A DNA stretch of 64,000 bases, taken from contig DATCIS010000019.1 of assembly GCA_036507655.1 (NCBI GenBank), positions 10,736-74,735 on the forward strand. The letters are read 5' to 3'. The notes under the pieces are model-generated. The model did no database searches, had not been told where the DNA came from, and saw nothing but the letters and a program-made list of their open reading frames with translations. The DNA comes from Candidatus Saccharimonadales bacterium. GTDB taxonomy: Bacteria > Patescibacteriota > Saccharimonadia > Saccharimonadales > UBA10212. Shown here piece by piece: positions 28,070 to 37,239 of this stretch (within the stretch, counting starts at the first letter, position 1; the number at the start of each line of letters is the position of its first letter). The position numbers and the translations under genes are program-made.

Positions 28070-28706
28070 TGCGCACTAGCGCGCGGTAAGCTCGTTCTGG
28101 GTTGTCAGAGTTCTGGATAAAACCGCCGACATTCAGCACGTCAACGCCGCCGAAAACCAGTTCGGCGACATTCTGATCATTAATGCCGCCGTCCCAACCG
28201 ACCTCCAGATCTGGTTTCTGGTTTTTCAGTATCTCTACCTTCTTGAGATGGCTCAAATTGGCTTGGCCGCCAAACCTTCCTAAGTCGCCGCTGAAAATCA
28301 ACACATGGTCGATGTCGTCGATTACCGAAAAGATCTCTTCTGGGAATGTTTGTGGCAAAAGTGCGACGCCCAACCTGATCGAATGGTCGCGACAAAAGTC
28401 AACAACCTGACCGAAGTCGCCCTCGGCTTCAGCGTGGACAATAATTAGATTGGGCTTGTGCTGCAAAATTTTTTGGATAGCCGGCAGCGGGTTTTGATAC
28501 ATCAGGTGGAAATCGGCTAAAAACCCAACAGGCCACCAAGCGTCTTCTGGAGCCACCGTTTTGTGTGGCACAAAAGTCCCATCTGTCAGGTCGATTTGTA
28601 TCCGGTGCGCAAAATGAGCGACATTTTGAATCTGTTTTTGATAATTATCTTTATCGGCGGCTAAAATCGCCGGGCAAATAATCGGTTTTTTAGCTGCCAA
28701 GTCCAT
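28044..28706 (-). CDS. rpe: ribulose-phosphate 3-epimerase
   Basis: 220 aa; ICPAILAAD, IDLTDGTFVP, HLMY motifs. Confidence 0.75.
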   Translation of the reverse strand: MDLAAKKPIICPAILAADKDNYQKQIQNVAHFAHRIQIDLTDGTFVPHKTVAPEDAWWPVGFLADFHLMYQNPLPAIQKILQHKPNLIIVHAEAEGDFGQVVDFCRDHSIRLGVALLPQTFPEEIFSVIDDIDHVLIFSGDLGRFGGQANLSHLKKVEILKNQKPDLEVGWDGGINDQNVAELVFGGVDVLNVGGFIQNSDNPERAYRALVRIAEETGTT

Positions 28707-29187
28707 TTATCTTACCAATGCGTCGTTGATGACGTGCTTCTTCACGAAAAGGCGTCTCCAACCATAATTTAATCACCTGCTTCATATCTTCGAGGGCTAC
28801 AAATCGGGCAGCCAGGCTCAGCATATTGGAATCATTGTGGGTTCGGCTTAGCCGGACAACCTCATATGGATCGTGGCTGGTGCGACCGGTCACATCAGTA
28901 ACTTTTCTGGACACGGCAGGCCCATAAAACAGGCTACACCGTATGCCTTTGATTTTATTAGCCACCATCGCCTCGCCTTGCCCTGAGCCACCAAAAACTA
29001 GGCCTCGTTGGCATTCGCCGGAAGCTACTGATTCGGCAGCCGGAATAATAAAATCCGGGTAATCATCATCTGGATTTAGACTCTTGGGGCCGAAATTTTT
29101 AACTTCGTGCCCTGCTGATTCGAGATAAGCGGCTATATCATTAAGTTGCTCAAATCCAGCGTGGTCAGATGCCAGTGCAATCTTCAT
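28690..29187 (-). CDS. rpiB: ribose-5-phosphate isomerase B (RpiB/LacAB family)
   Basis: 165 aa; MKIALASDHAGFE... GECQRGLVFGGSGQGEAMVANK typical of RpiB. Confidence 0.85.
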   Translation of the reverse strand: MKIALASDHAGFEQLNDIAAYLESAGHEVKNFGPKSLNPDDDYPDFIIPAAESVASGECQRGLVFGGSGQGEAMVANKIKGIRCSLFYGPAVSRKVTDVTGRTSHDPYEVVRLSRTHNDSNMLSLAARFVALEDMKQVIKLWLETPFREEARHQRRIGKINGLGS

Positions 29188-29217
29188 TTTTCTTCTCCCA
29201 TTTTAAGGAAAAGAGAA

Positions 29218-29280
29218 GCCCGAGCGGCGGATTCATTCCGCGCCCGGCGCGATGAGAAAAACGTAGTTTGTCTCATAAGC
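29218..29280 (+). repeat. double-hairpin intergenic repeat element, copy C
   Basis: gcccgagcggcggattcattccgcgcccggcgcgatgagaaaaacgtagtttgtctcataagc; 5' module shared with copy D, 3' gcgcgatgaga...tctcataag module shared with A, B and D. Confidence 0.6.
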
Positions 29281-29287
29281 GTCAGCG

Positions 29288-30661
29288 TCAAAACCTGTGG
29301 ACACCGTCGATATTGGTGGCGTCAGATGGCAAAGGGTGCTTTGGTTGCTCACCATCGATGATATATCCGGCCCCTTTGGTATCTTCACCGGCCGCCGATT
29401 TGTCGCCATCTTCGGCTGTAAGTGGTTCTTTGTCTTGTACTTCCAGACTTGGTACAGATTTTGCTAATAAATCAGGCTCTTTTTGAGTCGATTCAGGCGC
29501 TGGCAGTAGTGGCTCGTCCGGGGGTTCGGTGATATTTAGCTTTTTCTCTTTGGATTCAATATCTTTCTGGTCTTTGTGATGCCGATCGGCGTGTTTGGCT
29601 TCAACGTCTTTGAGATTGGCCTGATTATCTTCGTCTTCGGACTCAGAGCCACTGCTTAAGAGCCGCGCGACATCTGCCGTTAGTTCGACCAGGCGGTTAC
29701 TATAGCCCCATTCGTTGTCGTACCAAGCAACAACTTTAACTAAATTACCGTCAACAACCGCGGTTAGCGGCAAATCAACAATCGCTGAGTGGCTGTTACC
29801 GATAAAATCGCTGCTAACCAATTCCTCCTCAGTAACATCCAAAATGCCCTGGAAATATGGATCGGCTGAAGCTTTTTTAAGGACTTCGTTGACTTCTTCA
29901 ACCGTTGTGTTCTTTTTGGTAACTACAGCAAAATCGCTTAAAGACACGACCGGGGTTGGTACGCGCAGGCTCAGGCCGCCGAAAATTCCCTCCAGAGACG
30001 GCATGGCCTTAGCAGCCGCGATACTGGCGCCGGTCGTCGTCGGGACGATATTGGTGGCCGCGTTGCGAGCCTCACGAATGTCCTTGGCTGGGCCGTCCAA
30101 CAGAACCTGGCTGGCTGTATAACTGTGGATGGTTGTCATCATGGCTTTTTCGATACCGAAATTAGATTCGAGTATAGCCATAATCGGCGTTATAGAGTTG
30201 GTGGTACAGGAGGCATTACTAATTACTTCACTAGCTGAGTTTATTTTGTCCTCATTGACGCCGAGGACAATCGTCTCAGCACCATCGCCTTTGGCTGGTG
30301 CGCTGATTATGACTTTTTTAGCTCCGGCTTCAATATGGGCTTTGGCCTTGGCCGGGTCAGTGAAAAGTCCGGTAGACTCAATCACAACCTCAACACCTAA
30401 ATCCCTCCAGGGTAATTTGGCCGGGTCTTTCTCGGATAAAACTTTTATTTTCTGGTCTTTAACGATAATGTTCTGCTCATCGGACGCAACATCATATTGA
30501 TAAGCGCCGTAGTTACTGTCGTGCTTTAGTAGATGGGCCAAAGTCTTGGTATCGGTCAGGTCGTTAACGGCTACAATTTCCAAGTCAGGACGCTCAAAAG
30601 CAATCTTGAAGGTATTTCGGCCGATTCGACCGAAGCCGTTTATAGCGATTTTAGTTTTCAT
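29288..30661 (-). CDS. gap: glyceraldehyde-3-phosphate dehydrogenase with a ~125-aa acidic low-complexity C-terminal extension; start set at MKTKIAINGFGRIGR
   Basis: NAD-binding INGFGRIGR, catalytic ASCTTNS; GGGAG SD precedes the ATG at 30661; the ORF-track start at 30679 would lie inside the upstream hairpin. Confidence 0.9.
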   Translation of the reverse strand: MKTKIAINGFGRIGRNTFKIAFERPDLEIVAVNDLTDTKTLAHLLKHDSNYGAYQYDVASDEQNIIVKDQKIKVLSEKDPAKLPWRDLGVEVVIESTGLFTDPAKAKAHIEAGAKKVIISAPAKGDGAETIVLGVNEDKINSASEVISNASCTTNSITPIMAILESNFGIEKAMMTTIHSYTASQVLLDGPAKDIREARNAATNIVPTTTGASIAAAKAMPSLEGIFGGLSLRVPTPVVSLSDFAVVTKKNTTVEEVNEVLKKASADPYFQGILDVTEEELVSSDFIGNSHSAIVDLPLTAVVDGNLVKVVAWYDNEWGYSNRLVELTADVARLLSSGSESEDEDNQANLKDVEAKHADRHHKDQKDIESKEKKLNITEPPDEPLLPAPESTQKEPDLLAKSVPSLEVQDKEPLTAEDGDKSAAGEDTKGAGYIIDGEQPKHPLPSDATNIDGVHRF

Positions 30662-30671
30662 TAATCTCCCA

Positions 30672-30697
30672 CCATACAATTCATTTCAATTGTATGG
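30672..30697. promoter_or_regulatory. 10-bp perfect inverted repeat CCATACAATT-N6-AATTGTATGG just upstream of the gap SD
   Basis: ccatacaatt catttc aattgtatgg read directly; T-rich on the plus side. Confidence 0.4.
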
Positions 30698-30721
30698 TTT
30701 TATGCTAAAGCTTTCAACAGT

Positions 30722-31255
30722 TTATGAGGACTTCTGAGCCCGTTCGATCGACTCAGCAATGACTTTCTTGGCTTCTTCGGTATCACCCCAGCCTAAGACT
30801 TTGGTGCTGCCGGGTTTTTTTAGGTCTTTGTAGTGGGAGAAGTGGTGGTCAATTTTTTGCTTCCAGCGCTCCCCCAAATCGTCTAGAGATTTTATTGAAT
30901 CTCCGCTGTCACGGTCGTCAGCCGGAACAACGATGATTTTATGGTCCATCTCACCGTCATCCTCGAAATTCAGGATGCCGACTATTCTGCCTTTCAGCCA
31001 AACCCCAGTGCCAACCGGCTGGGAGGTAACTATCAATGTATCCAGTTCATCACCGTCTTCATCTAGGGTTTGCGGTATGAATCCGTAATTTACCGGCTTG
31101 GCAAAAATCTTCGGCTCAACTCTATCGAGCCTGAAAGCTGCTCGCTTACGATCCCATTCGATCTTCATGATAGAACCTTCCGGAATTTCAACGACGGTGT
31201 TGAGTTCGCCGTTGCGCCAATCACCCGGCTCTAAAACTTGATTGAAATCTGGCAT
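30722..31255 (-). CDS. ppa: inorganic pyrophosphatase (family I)
   Basis: 177 aa; EIPEGS, DEDGDELDTLIV, HYKDLK motifs. Confidence 0.9.
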   Translation of the reverse strand: MPDFNQVLEPGDWRNGELNTVVEIPEGSIMKIEWDRKRAAFRLDRVEPKIFAKPVNYGFIPQTLDEDGDELDTLIVTSQPVGTGVWLKGRIVGILNFEDDGEMDHKIIVVPADDRDSGDSIKSLDDLGERWKQKIDHHFSHYKDLKKPGSTKVLGWGDTEEAKKVIAESIERAQKSS

Positions 31256-31298
31256 CTTTAAGTTTCGGTTAACTGGCAGTATTGTACACTATTTTGAG

Positions 31299-31976
31299 AT
31301 GATTATTGTCGGTCACCGCGGTGCGTCGGGGTTAGCTCCGGAAAATACCATTAAGGCCTTAGAGCTCGGCCGGGATTTGGCCGACGGCGTGGAATTTGAC
31401 GTCAGAGTAACCAAGGATAAAGTTCCCATACTTAACCATGATGCCGGAATATTCGATAAAGATAGCAGACGGTGGTTGATAAAAGATTATAGCTATTCTC
31501 AGCTCAAAAAACTGAGACCGAGCCTGGCAACTCTGGAAGAAGCCCTGTCGCTCAAGTATGGTAAGACCCGTGTCTTCATTGAAATCAAAGCCCTAGAGCC
31601 AACCGAGCCGATAATTCAAGTTATTCGGCCATATTTTAAAAAAAGGCGGCTTCAAATCGCTATCGGGTCATTTGATTTTGAAGTTCTAAAAAAAGTTCGA
31701 ACTCAGCTCCCGGAAGTTCAGTTATTGATCAACGAAAGGTGGTCGAGCTTAAGGGCCAATTGGCGCGCCCGCCAACTTAATACCAATCAGATAAATATTG
31801 AGCACCGCTTCTTATGGTTTGGACTAGTAAGCATGCTGAGCAGGCGAGGGATTGTGCTCTATACTTACACTCTAAACGACCCCCGTAAAGCCCGCAATTG
31901 GCAAAAGCACGGCTTAGCCGGAGTATTTACAGATTTTCCTAACCTCTTTACAAGAAAAGTTAGTCGGTTACGCTAA
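31299..31976 (+). CDS. glycerophosphodiester phosphodiesterase (GDPD family); start set at MIIVGHRGASG
   Basis: HRGASGLAPENT and EFDVRVTKDKVPILNHD motifs; the ORF-track start at 31242 adds 19 unlikely residues. Confidence 0.75.
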   Translation: MIIVGHRGASGLAPENTIKALELGRDLADGVEFDVRVTKDKVPILNHDAGIFDKDSRRWLIKDYSYSQLKKLRPSLATLEEALSLKYGKTRVFIEIKALEPTEPIIQVIRPYFKKRRLQIAIGSFDFEVLKKVRTQLPEVQLLINERWSSLRANWRARQLNTNQINIEHRFLWFGLVSMLSRRGIVLYTYTLNDPRKARNWQKHGLAGVFTDFPNLFTRKVSRLR

Positions 31977-32391
31977 CCGTACCATGCATCGAGGGATGAA
32001 GACCGCAGATATAGTTAAAGCTGCCGACCTGGTTGAATGTAAAGCTAAAAGTATCATTATTGCCTAAGTTTTGGCTCTGAGGACCGCTGTCCGATTCGGC
32101 CTCAATAGTGTGAGCTACGCTGTCATTATTCGTCCAAGTTACCTTTGTTCCCTTCTTAACGGTTATATCAGTAGGTGAAAACGCGAAATTACTAATGCTG
32201 ACTTTATCAGTCGAAGCCGCTGATTGGTTATTCGAGGAAGTGTTTTGGCTATTTTGAGTAGTTGAGCTGCTCTGCTGGGTTGAGTTGTTATCAGTCTGAT
32301 TATTACCTCGACCGGCGACTATAAAAATAGCAGCCGCTATTAAGGCGATTACAATTAAACCCGCCAGATATTTCATTCTATAAACCTCCAT
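31960..32391 (-). CDS. cupredoxin (amicyanin/plastocyanin-like type-1 copper protein) with N-terminal membrane anchor and Ser/Thr/Asn/Gln-rich linker
   Basis: Ligand pattern H (SVAHTIE) ... YICGLHPSMHG (C-x2-H-x2-M as in amicyanin). Confidence 0.6.
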   Translation of the reverse strand: MEVYRMKYLAGLIVIALIAAAIFIVAGRGNNQTDNNSTQQSSSTTQNSQNTSSNNQSAASTDKVSISNFAFSPTDITVKKGTKVTWTNNDSVAHTIEAESDSGPQSQNLGNNDTFSFTFNQVGSFNYICGLHPSMHGTVSVTD

Positions 32392-32422
32392 TTATATGCC
32401 AAAAGATATAATATCACGCTGG

Positions 32423-33427
32423 CTACGCCGCTGAGTACGTCCGGCTGTCGGTTTGCATTGAGCGGTGAGGATGATCGCCGTGTTTACGGGCCGGTACTTG
32501 ATCCAGATATTCCCGGATGGTCAGGGCAGCAGTAGCGCCTTCGCCGACAGCGCTGGCAATCTGCTCTGTGGCACCGCTGCGCACATCACCAGCGCAAAAG
32601 ATTCCCAAAATATTCGTACCAAGATGCTCGTTGGTTTTTACAAAACCGCGTTCGTCAAGCTCGATGCCACTACCAGCTAGGAATTGGGTATTGGGAATCA
32701 GGCCGATGAATACAAAAACACCATCGGTTGCGAATTCGACATTTTGATTCGTCTGGTTGTTCTTGGCTACGACCCTTTTCACAAAGTTACCCTCTCCAAC
32801 AATCTGACTGATTTCGGTGTTGAAATGGACGGTTATATTGGGTGTCTTGGCAATCCGTTCAACCAATATGTCGCTAGCCCGCCACTGGTCTTTTCTAATC
32901 AAGATATCAATATGATCGACCAGCTTTGCCAAGAATAGGCTCTCTTGAGCCGCCGAATTACCACCGCCGACCGCAACTAGCCGTTTACCTTTATAAAGCG
33001 GTCCATCACAGGTCGCGCAGTAGTGTACGCCCTTACCGTAATACTCTTTTTCACCCTCTGCCTCTAAGCGTTTGTAGTTGTTGCCAGTAGCAATCAACAG
33101 TGTATGCGCTAGGTACTCCTTGTTATCGGCCGTATAAGCTTTCTTGACGTCTGATCCATTCTCAATCTTGGTTACGTCGCCATACTCGAGTTTGGTACCG
33201 AATCGTTCGGCTTGTGCTCGTAAGCGGTCGGCCAGCTCCAGGCCGCTGATGCCGTCAGGGAACCCTGGGTAATTTTCTACGCTGTCGGTGATTGCCGCCA
33301 GACCGCCTATCACGCCTTTTTCCAAAACCAATGTTTCTATATCTTCGCGGGTGGTATAAACCGCCGCACTGAGTGCTGCCGGTCCGGCCCCTATAACGAC
33401 TAGGTCGTGGACTGGATTATTTTCCAT
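32423..33427 (-). CDS. trxB: thioredoxin-disulfide reductase
   Basis: 334 aa; FAD GxGxxA (VVIGAGPAALSAA), redox-active CATCDG, NADPH site GGGNSAAQE. Confidence 0.9.
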   Translation of the reverse strand: MENNPVHDLVVIGAGPAALSAAVYTTREDIETLVLEKGVIGGLAAITDSVENYPGFPDGISGLELADRLRAQAERFGTKLEYGDVTKIENGSDVKKAYTADNKEYLAHTLLIATGNNYKRLEAEGEKEYYGKGVHYCATCDGPLYKGKRLVAVGGGNSAAQESLFLAKLVDHIDILIRKDQWRASDILVERIAKTPNITVHFNTEISQIVGEGNFVKRVVAKNNQTNQNVEFATDGVFVFIGLIPNTQFLAGSGIELDERGFVKTNEHLGTNILGIFCAGDVRSGATEQIASAVGEGATAALTIREYLDQVPARKHGDHPHRSMQTDSRTYSAA

Positions 33428-33676
33428 CTAAGCCACGGCGGGGGCGAGCCGCGGAATATTGTAGCCGATTACGACCTCTTTGGAATCGTCCTGCTTTGTC
33501 ACAACCGTTATCGGCACCGTTAAGGCACCACTCATTTCTAAGACTTCTTGTTGGAGTTCAGGTTGCTCGTCCAGATTGACTATCTCGTACTTGAGACCTT
33601 TCATATCCAAAAAACGCTCCACCATAACACAATAAGCGCAGGTGTTGGTAGTAAATATAGTAATACTTTTTGGCAC
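33428..33676 (-). CDS. nrdH: NrdH-like glutaredoxin (CxxC redoxin); start set at GTG preceded by GGAGGG
   Basis: ITIFTTNTCAYCVMVERFL thioredoxin-fold CxxC motif; the longer ORF-track version (to 33874) has an unlikely N-terminus and would overlap the FKBP gene. Confidence 0.65.
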   Translation of the reverse strand: MPKSITIFTTNTCAYCVMVERFLDMKGLKYEIVNLDEQPELQQEVLEMSGALTVPITVVTKQDDSKEVVIGYNIPRLAPAVA

Positions 33677-33727
33677 GTGACCCTCCTTTTTTTGGGGTTT
33701 TAGTTTTAAAAGCTGCTCTCGCTTAAT

Positions 33728-33756
33728 TAATATAGCTTGTGTAGCGTAGCGAGTCA
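33728..33756 (-). promoter_or_regulatory. candidate sigma70-type promoter for nrdH-trxB (TTGACT-17-TATATT on minus strand)
   Basis: Minus strand reads ttgact cgctacgctacacaagc tatatt about 50 nt upstream of the nrdH start. Confidence 0.4.
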
Positions 33757-33794
33757 ATAACGCTATATATTGTGTTTTTGTCAGCAAATATGCA

Positions 33795-34301
33795 TTACTG
33801 AACTGCCAGCAGTGTGATGTCAAAGACCAAATCGGCGTTTGGCGGTATGCCCGATGTGGGCGGCGGGTTAGCACCGTAAGCCAAGCTAGCCGGTATGAGT
33901 AGGCGCCTTTGCCCGCCGACTTTCATTCCTACCAGTCCTTCCTTCCAGCCTTCAATGACCTGATCGAGCTTAAAGCTTACGGGTTGCCCGCTGTCTTGAG
34001 AGCTTTCGAAAACAACCCCAGTCGATGCGATTGCGCCAGTGTAAATTACCGCGACGGTTGAGCTGGCTTTGGCCCCAGTACCGCTACCAACAGTTTTATC
34101 AATTTTTTGTAGTCCCTCGACCTTAGCCACGGGAACGAAGTCTGGCATTGGTTGGCCTTTAAGTTGGTTCTGGGGCTGGCTTTGGTTTTGATTACCGCCT
34201 CTTGTAGCTTGCCAGAAATAATAAATGCCCACGCCGACTCCGGTGAGGACGAATAAAATGGCCACAAACAGCCACATCGCCCGCCGCAAAAAATCTCTCA
34301 T
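33795..34301 (-). CDS. FKBP-type peptidyl-prolyl cis-trans isomerase, membrane-anchored
   Basis: 168 aa; N-terminal TM then FKBP core GVVFESSQDSGQPVSFKLDQVIEGWKEGLVGMKVGGQRRLLIPASLAYG. Confidence 0.85.
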   Translation of the reverse strand: MRDFLRRAMWLFVAILFVLTGVGVGIYYFWQATRGGNQNQSQPQNQLKGQPMPDFVPVAKVEGLQKIDKTVGSGTGAKASSTVAVIYTGAIASTGVVFESSQDSGQPVSFKLDQVIEGWKEGLVGMKVGGQRRLLIPASLAYGANPPPTSGIPPNADLVFDITLLAVQ

Positions 34302-34308
34302 ATACTTA

Positions 34309-37164
34309 TTAAGCCTCCTTGGGTGATCTTATTCTCAATACTAGGGGCCAGCCGATTGTCGTTGCTAGCATAATCACAGGCACTAGCTGCGGTAGGCTAG
34401 CAACCACTGATGCTCCAATTAAAGCAACGTTCGTAATTAACCACAACAAGAATGTTTTGCGTCTTATGTACAATCTTACAAACTCGGCCCCAAGATAATA
34501 ATAAGGAAAGACAACAACTACCAAGAAGGTGCTGGACAGTAGGCCGCACATTAAAGTCACTGCCAGTCCCTCCCAGAAGGGGTTGCTAAGATAAAGCGGG
34601 ATTAATGAGAAAACGGCCGTGAAAGAGGTGGCTATTAACGGACGGAATCGTTCTTGCAGAGCGATAGCCATTGAATCGACCGGTCCATGCCCTTGCCGCC
34701 TCGCCTGGTTGGCGTAATCAGTAAGCAAAATTGTGTTTTTAATACTTAGGCCGATTAACGCAAAGAAACCAAGCATTGTGAAGAAACTGAAGGCATTATC
34801 GGTCAGCCAAAGACCGGTAGTAATACCGAAGAGGCTGAACGGTATGGCCATAAAGATTAGTGCGGGCTGAAGCAACGATCGGAATTGGGTGATCAGAAGG
34901 AGATAAATTGCCAACAGCAGTATCGGCAGAGCAATCAGTAGGGTCTTGAACGAGTTCTGATTTTCACTCTCAAAACCGATATCGAAGGCGATAGCGTCTC
35001 GGGGTAAGCCATAGTTAGCTACTTTTTGGGGCGGAAAGTCTTTTTTAACGGCATTCTGAGCCAGAATTACCAAAGTTGATGTATCGGTATCGTCGAACTC
35101 CGAAGCAACAGAAACGTACGACTTGGTGTTGTATCTAGTTAGTGTATCGCTACCGCCGATATTAATGTTCTTTAAGTGGGCTAGGCTGCCGTCGGGTCGC
35201 TTTAGTTCAAGTTCGGCTAAATAATTCTTCAAGTCATCAGCCAGTTTGTAGGCGACATCTAAGTTCGTTGTCTCGATCCTCACCGAGAACGCTCCAGCCG
35301 GCGGGCCAACATCGCTGGAAGAAGTTTGTACCAAGGCCCCAGGGAAGTCGCTAAAGGCTTTGTCGAGCTGCTTTGTCAGCTTGGGCGCTGTCACATCCGG
35401 ACCTCGCTGCTTAAACGATTTCAGGTTAATGAACAGTTGCGCCTGGTGAGCATTACCGGTGGCGTAATATGCCGCATTTTTAAAGTTCGGCCCCAAAGTT
35501 TTGGCTACAGTCTCGTCGGCCCTATCGGCTGTGGTCTCAATTTGTTCTATTGACTGGTTGGGCGGATAGGTGAAAGTTATGGTTATCAGATCGCTGTCTT
35601 TAGAAGGTGCAAAAATATTGAAAGTCACTTTTTGAAACAGTGCAGCGCCACCGGCAATAAAGACGAGCCCTACCACAACCGCGCTGATACCAAGCGTGAA
35701 CTGGCGCTTGCGCCGACCGCGCATCCATAGTAGCGGCCTAGATAGAGTTTTGGCGACCAGTACTTCTATATGATGTGCTATCGACTCACTTTTATCGTCG
35801 CTACCGAGCATTTTTGGCCGCAGTAAGATTAAGCGAGACAGAAACGGTATGAACGTGATGGCTACAATTAAGCTAACTACCAAGCTGGTCATGACTGTTA
35901 TTGGTATAGCTCTAATGAATTCACCAAGTATGCCGCCCACAAAAATCAACGGCGCGAAGCCAAAAATAGCTGTAGCGGTGGCTGCCAGCATGGCCCGGCT
36001 GATTTTACGGCTGGCTTGGGCAATAGCTTCTCTGGCTGATTTAAGGCGGCGCCTGGCAGCGTCTATGGCTTCGACCATGATAATTGTGTCGTCGACTATC
36101 AAGCTCAGGCCCAGAACCAAAGAAAACAGCGTGATAGTGTTTATGCTGTAGCCGATTACATACAAGACACCTAGCGTGGTAATAACTACCAAAGCCATGG
36201 CACTAACCGTGATAATCGATGCCCGAAGGGCAATCAGAATGGCGCTAACAACCAGTATCGCCATCAATCCTTCGAGTAAAGAGCCCTGTAGGCCGCTTAT
36301 TTGGTCTGTAATCGATGGCGCGGAGCTGAATGTACGAGCAGCTTTGAAACCGCTGAATTCAGGTGCGGAGTTTAGCTTGTCAATAGACGCCAGAACCTGT
36401 TTATCCAAGTCAAGCACATCGAAGCCCTTTTGGCCCTTTATGCCAATGCTAACTGAGCGGTAAAACTTTGTTTGGTCATTCTGGCGAACGCCATAGAAAT
36501 CAAACTTGCTCTGGCTGATAGCCGGCTGGCCAGTCCGTGGGTCGGTTCCGCGGACATAAGGATCAACTATCTTGACATAAGTCGCCAGCGGAATTTTTGC
36601 CTGATTGGCAAGATATTTGGCAGCTTCTTCGGCTTTCCTGGTCAGTTCTTCGGTGCTGGTCTGATTGTCTTTATCAAAAAAAACAATCAGGATATCGTCA
36701 CCACGTTCGTTTACCGAAGGTGAAAGCGGCCTGAACTCAGGCTTGGCGTCTTCAGGCAATACTTCCGCGTCCTTAACGGCCTTCTCCAAATCAGCAGTGG
36801 CTTTTTGTTCCTGGGTGCCCTCTTCATACTGGACAACTACGTTAAAGGAGTTGGCGCTGGCAAAGGCCTGCACGGTCTTCACCCGAGGTTGCCTACTAAT
36901 AACTTCGCTAAGAGGTTTAGTGACGTCGCGGTCGACCTTTTGTGGGTCGTCAACTAGGTATGGGCCGTTTACATAAGTGTAAGGTATATGAATTTCCGGA
37001 AAACCCTCGCGTTTTAGTAGCGTCGTGTAACTAGCGATGCCAAAAGCGAATATCAAAAGCCAGATAAGCAGTGAGGATCTAGGACGATCATAAAAGAACA
37101 AGGTTATCCGAGAGATAAGCGGTATTCGTGTTTTATTAGCCCGCCGTTGGCGGAATCTCAACAT
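34309..37164 (-). CDS. RND-superfamily transporter (AcrB/MMPL-like, 12 TM with two large extracytoplasmic loops)
   Basis: 951 aa; N-terminus FYDRPRSSLLIWLLIFAFGIASYTTL...PEIHIPYTYV resembles AcrB-like permeases; two hydrophobic 6-TM bundles. Confidence 0.7.
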   Translation of the reverse strand: MLRFRQRRANKTRIPLISRITLFFYDRPRSSLLIWLLIFAFGIASYTTLLKREGFPEIHIPYTYVNGPYLVDDPQKVDRDVTKPLSEVISRQPRVKTVQAFASANSFNVVVQYEEGTQEQKATADLEKAVKDAEVLPEDAKPEFRPLSPSVNERGDDILIVFFDKDNQTSTEELTRKAEEAAKYLANQAKIPLATYVKIVDPYVRGTDPRTGQPAISQSKFDFYGVRQNDQTKFYRSVSIGIKGQKGFDVLDLDKQVLASIDKLNSAPEFSGFKAARTFSSAPSITDQISGLQGSLLEGLMAILVVSAILIALRASIITVSAMALVVITTLGVLYVIGYSINTITLFSLVLGLSLIVDDTIIMVEAIDAARRRLKSAREAIAQASRKISRAMLAATATAIFGFAPLIFVGGILGEFIRAIPITVMTSLVVSLIVAITFIPFLSRLILLRPKMLGSDDKSESIAHHIEVLVAKTLSRPLLWMRGRRKRQFTLGISAVVVGLVFIAGGAALFQKVTFNIFAPSKDSDLITITFTYPPNQSIEQIETTADRADETVAKTLGPNFKNAAYYATGNAHQAQLFINLKSFKQRGPDVTAPKLTKQLDKAFSDFPGALVQTSSSDVGPPAGAFSVRIETTNLDVAYKLADDLKNYLAELELKRPDGSLAHLKNINIGGSDTLTRYNTKSYVSVASEFDDTDTSTLVILAQNAVKKDFPPQKVANYGLPRDAIAFDIGFESENQNSFKTLLIALPILLLAIYLLLITQFRSLLQPALIFMAIPFSLFGITTGLWLTDNAFSFFTMLGFFALIGLSIKNTILLTDYANQARRQGHGPVDSMAIALQERFRPLIATSFTAVFSLIPLYLSNPFWEGLAVTLMCGLLSSTFLVVVVFPYYYLGAEFVRLYIRRKTFLLWLITNVALIGASVVASLPQLVPVIMLATTIGWPLVLRIRSPKEA

Positions 37165-37239
37165 AACAACCTCAGCTTTTTCTAACTTACTCTCATATTA
37201 GCATGCGCCTCTGTGAGACCAGTCACTTTTTCTAAAAAA

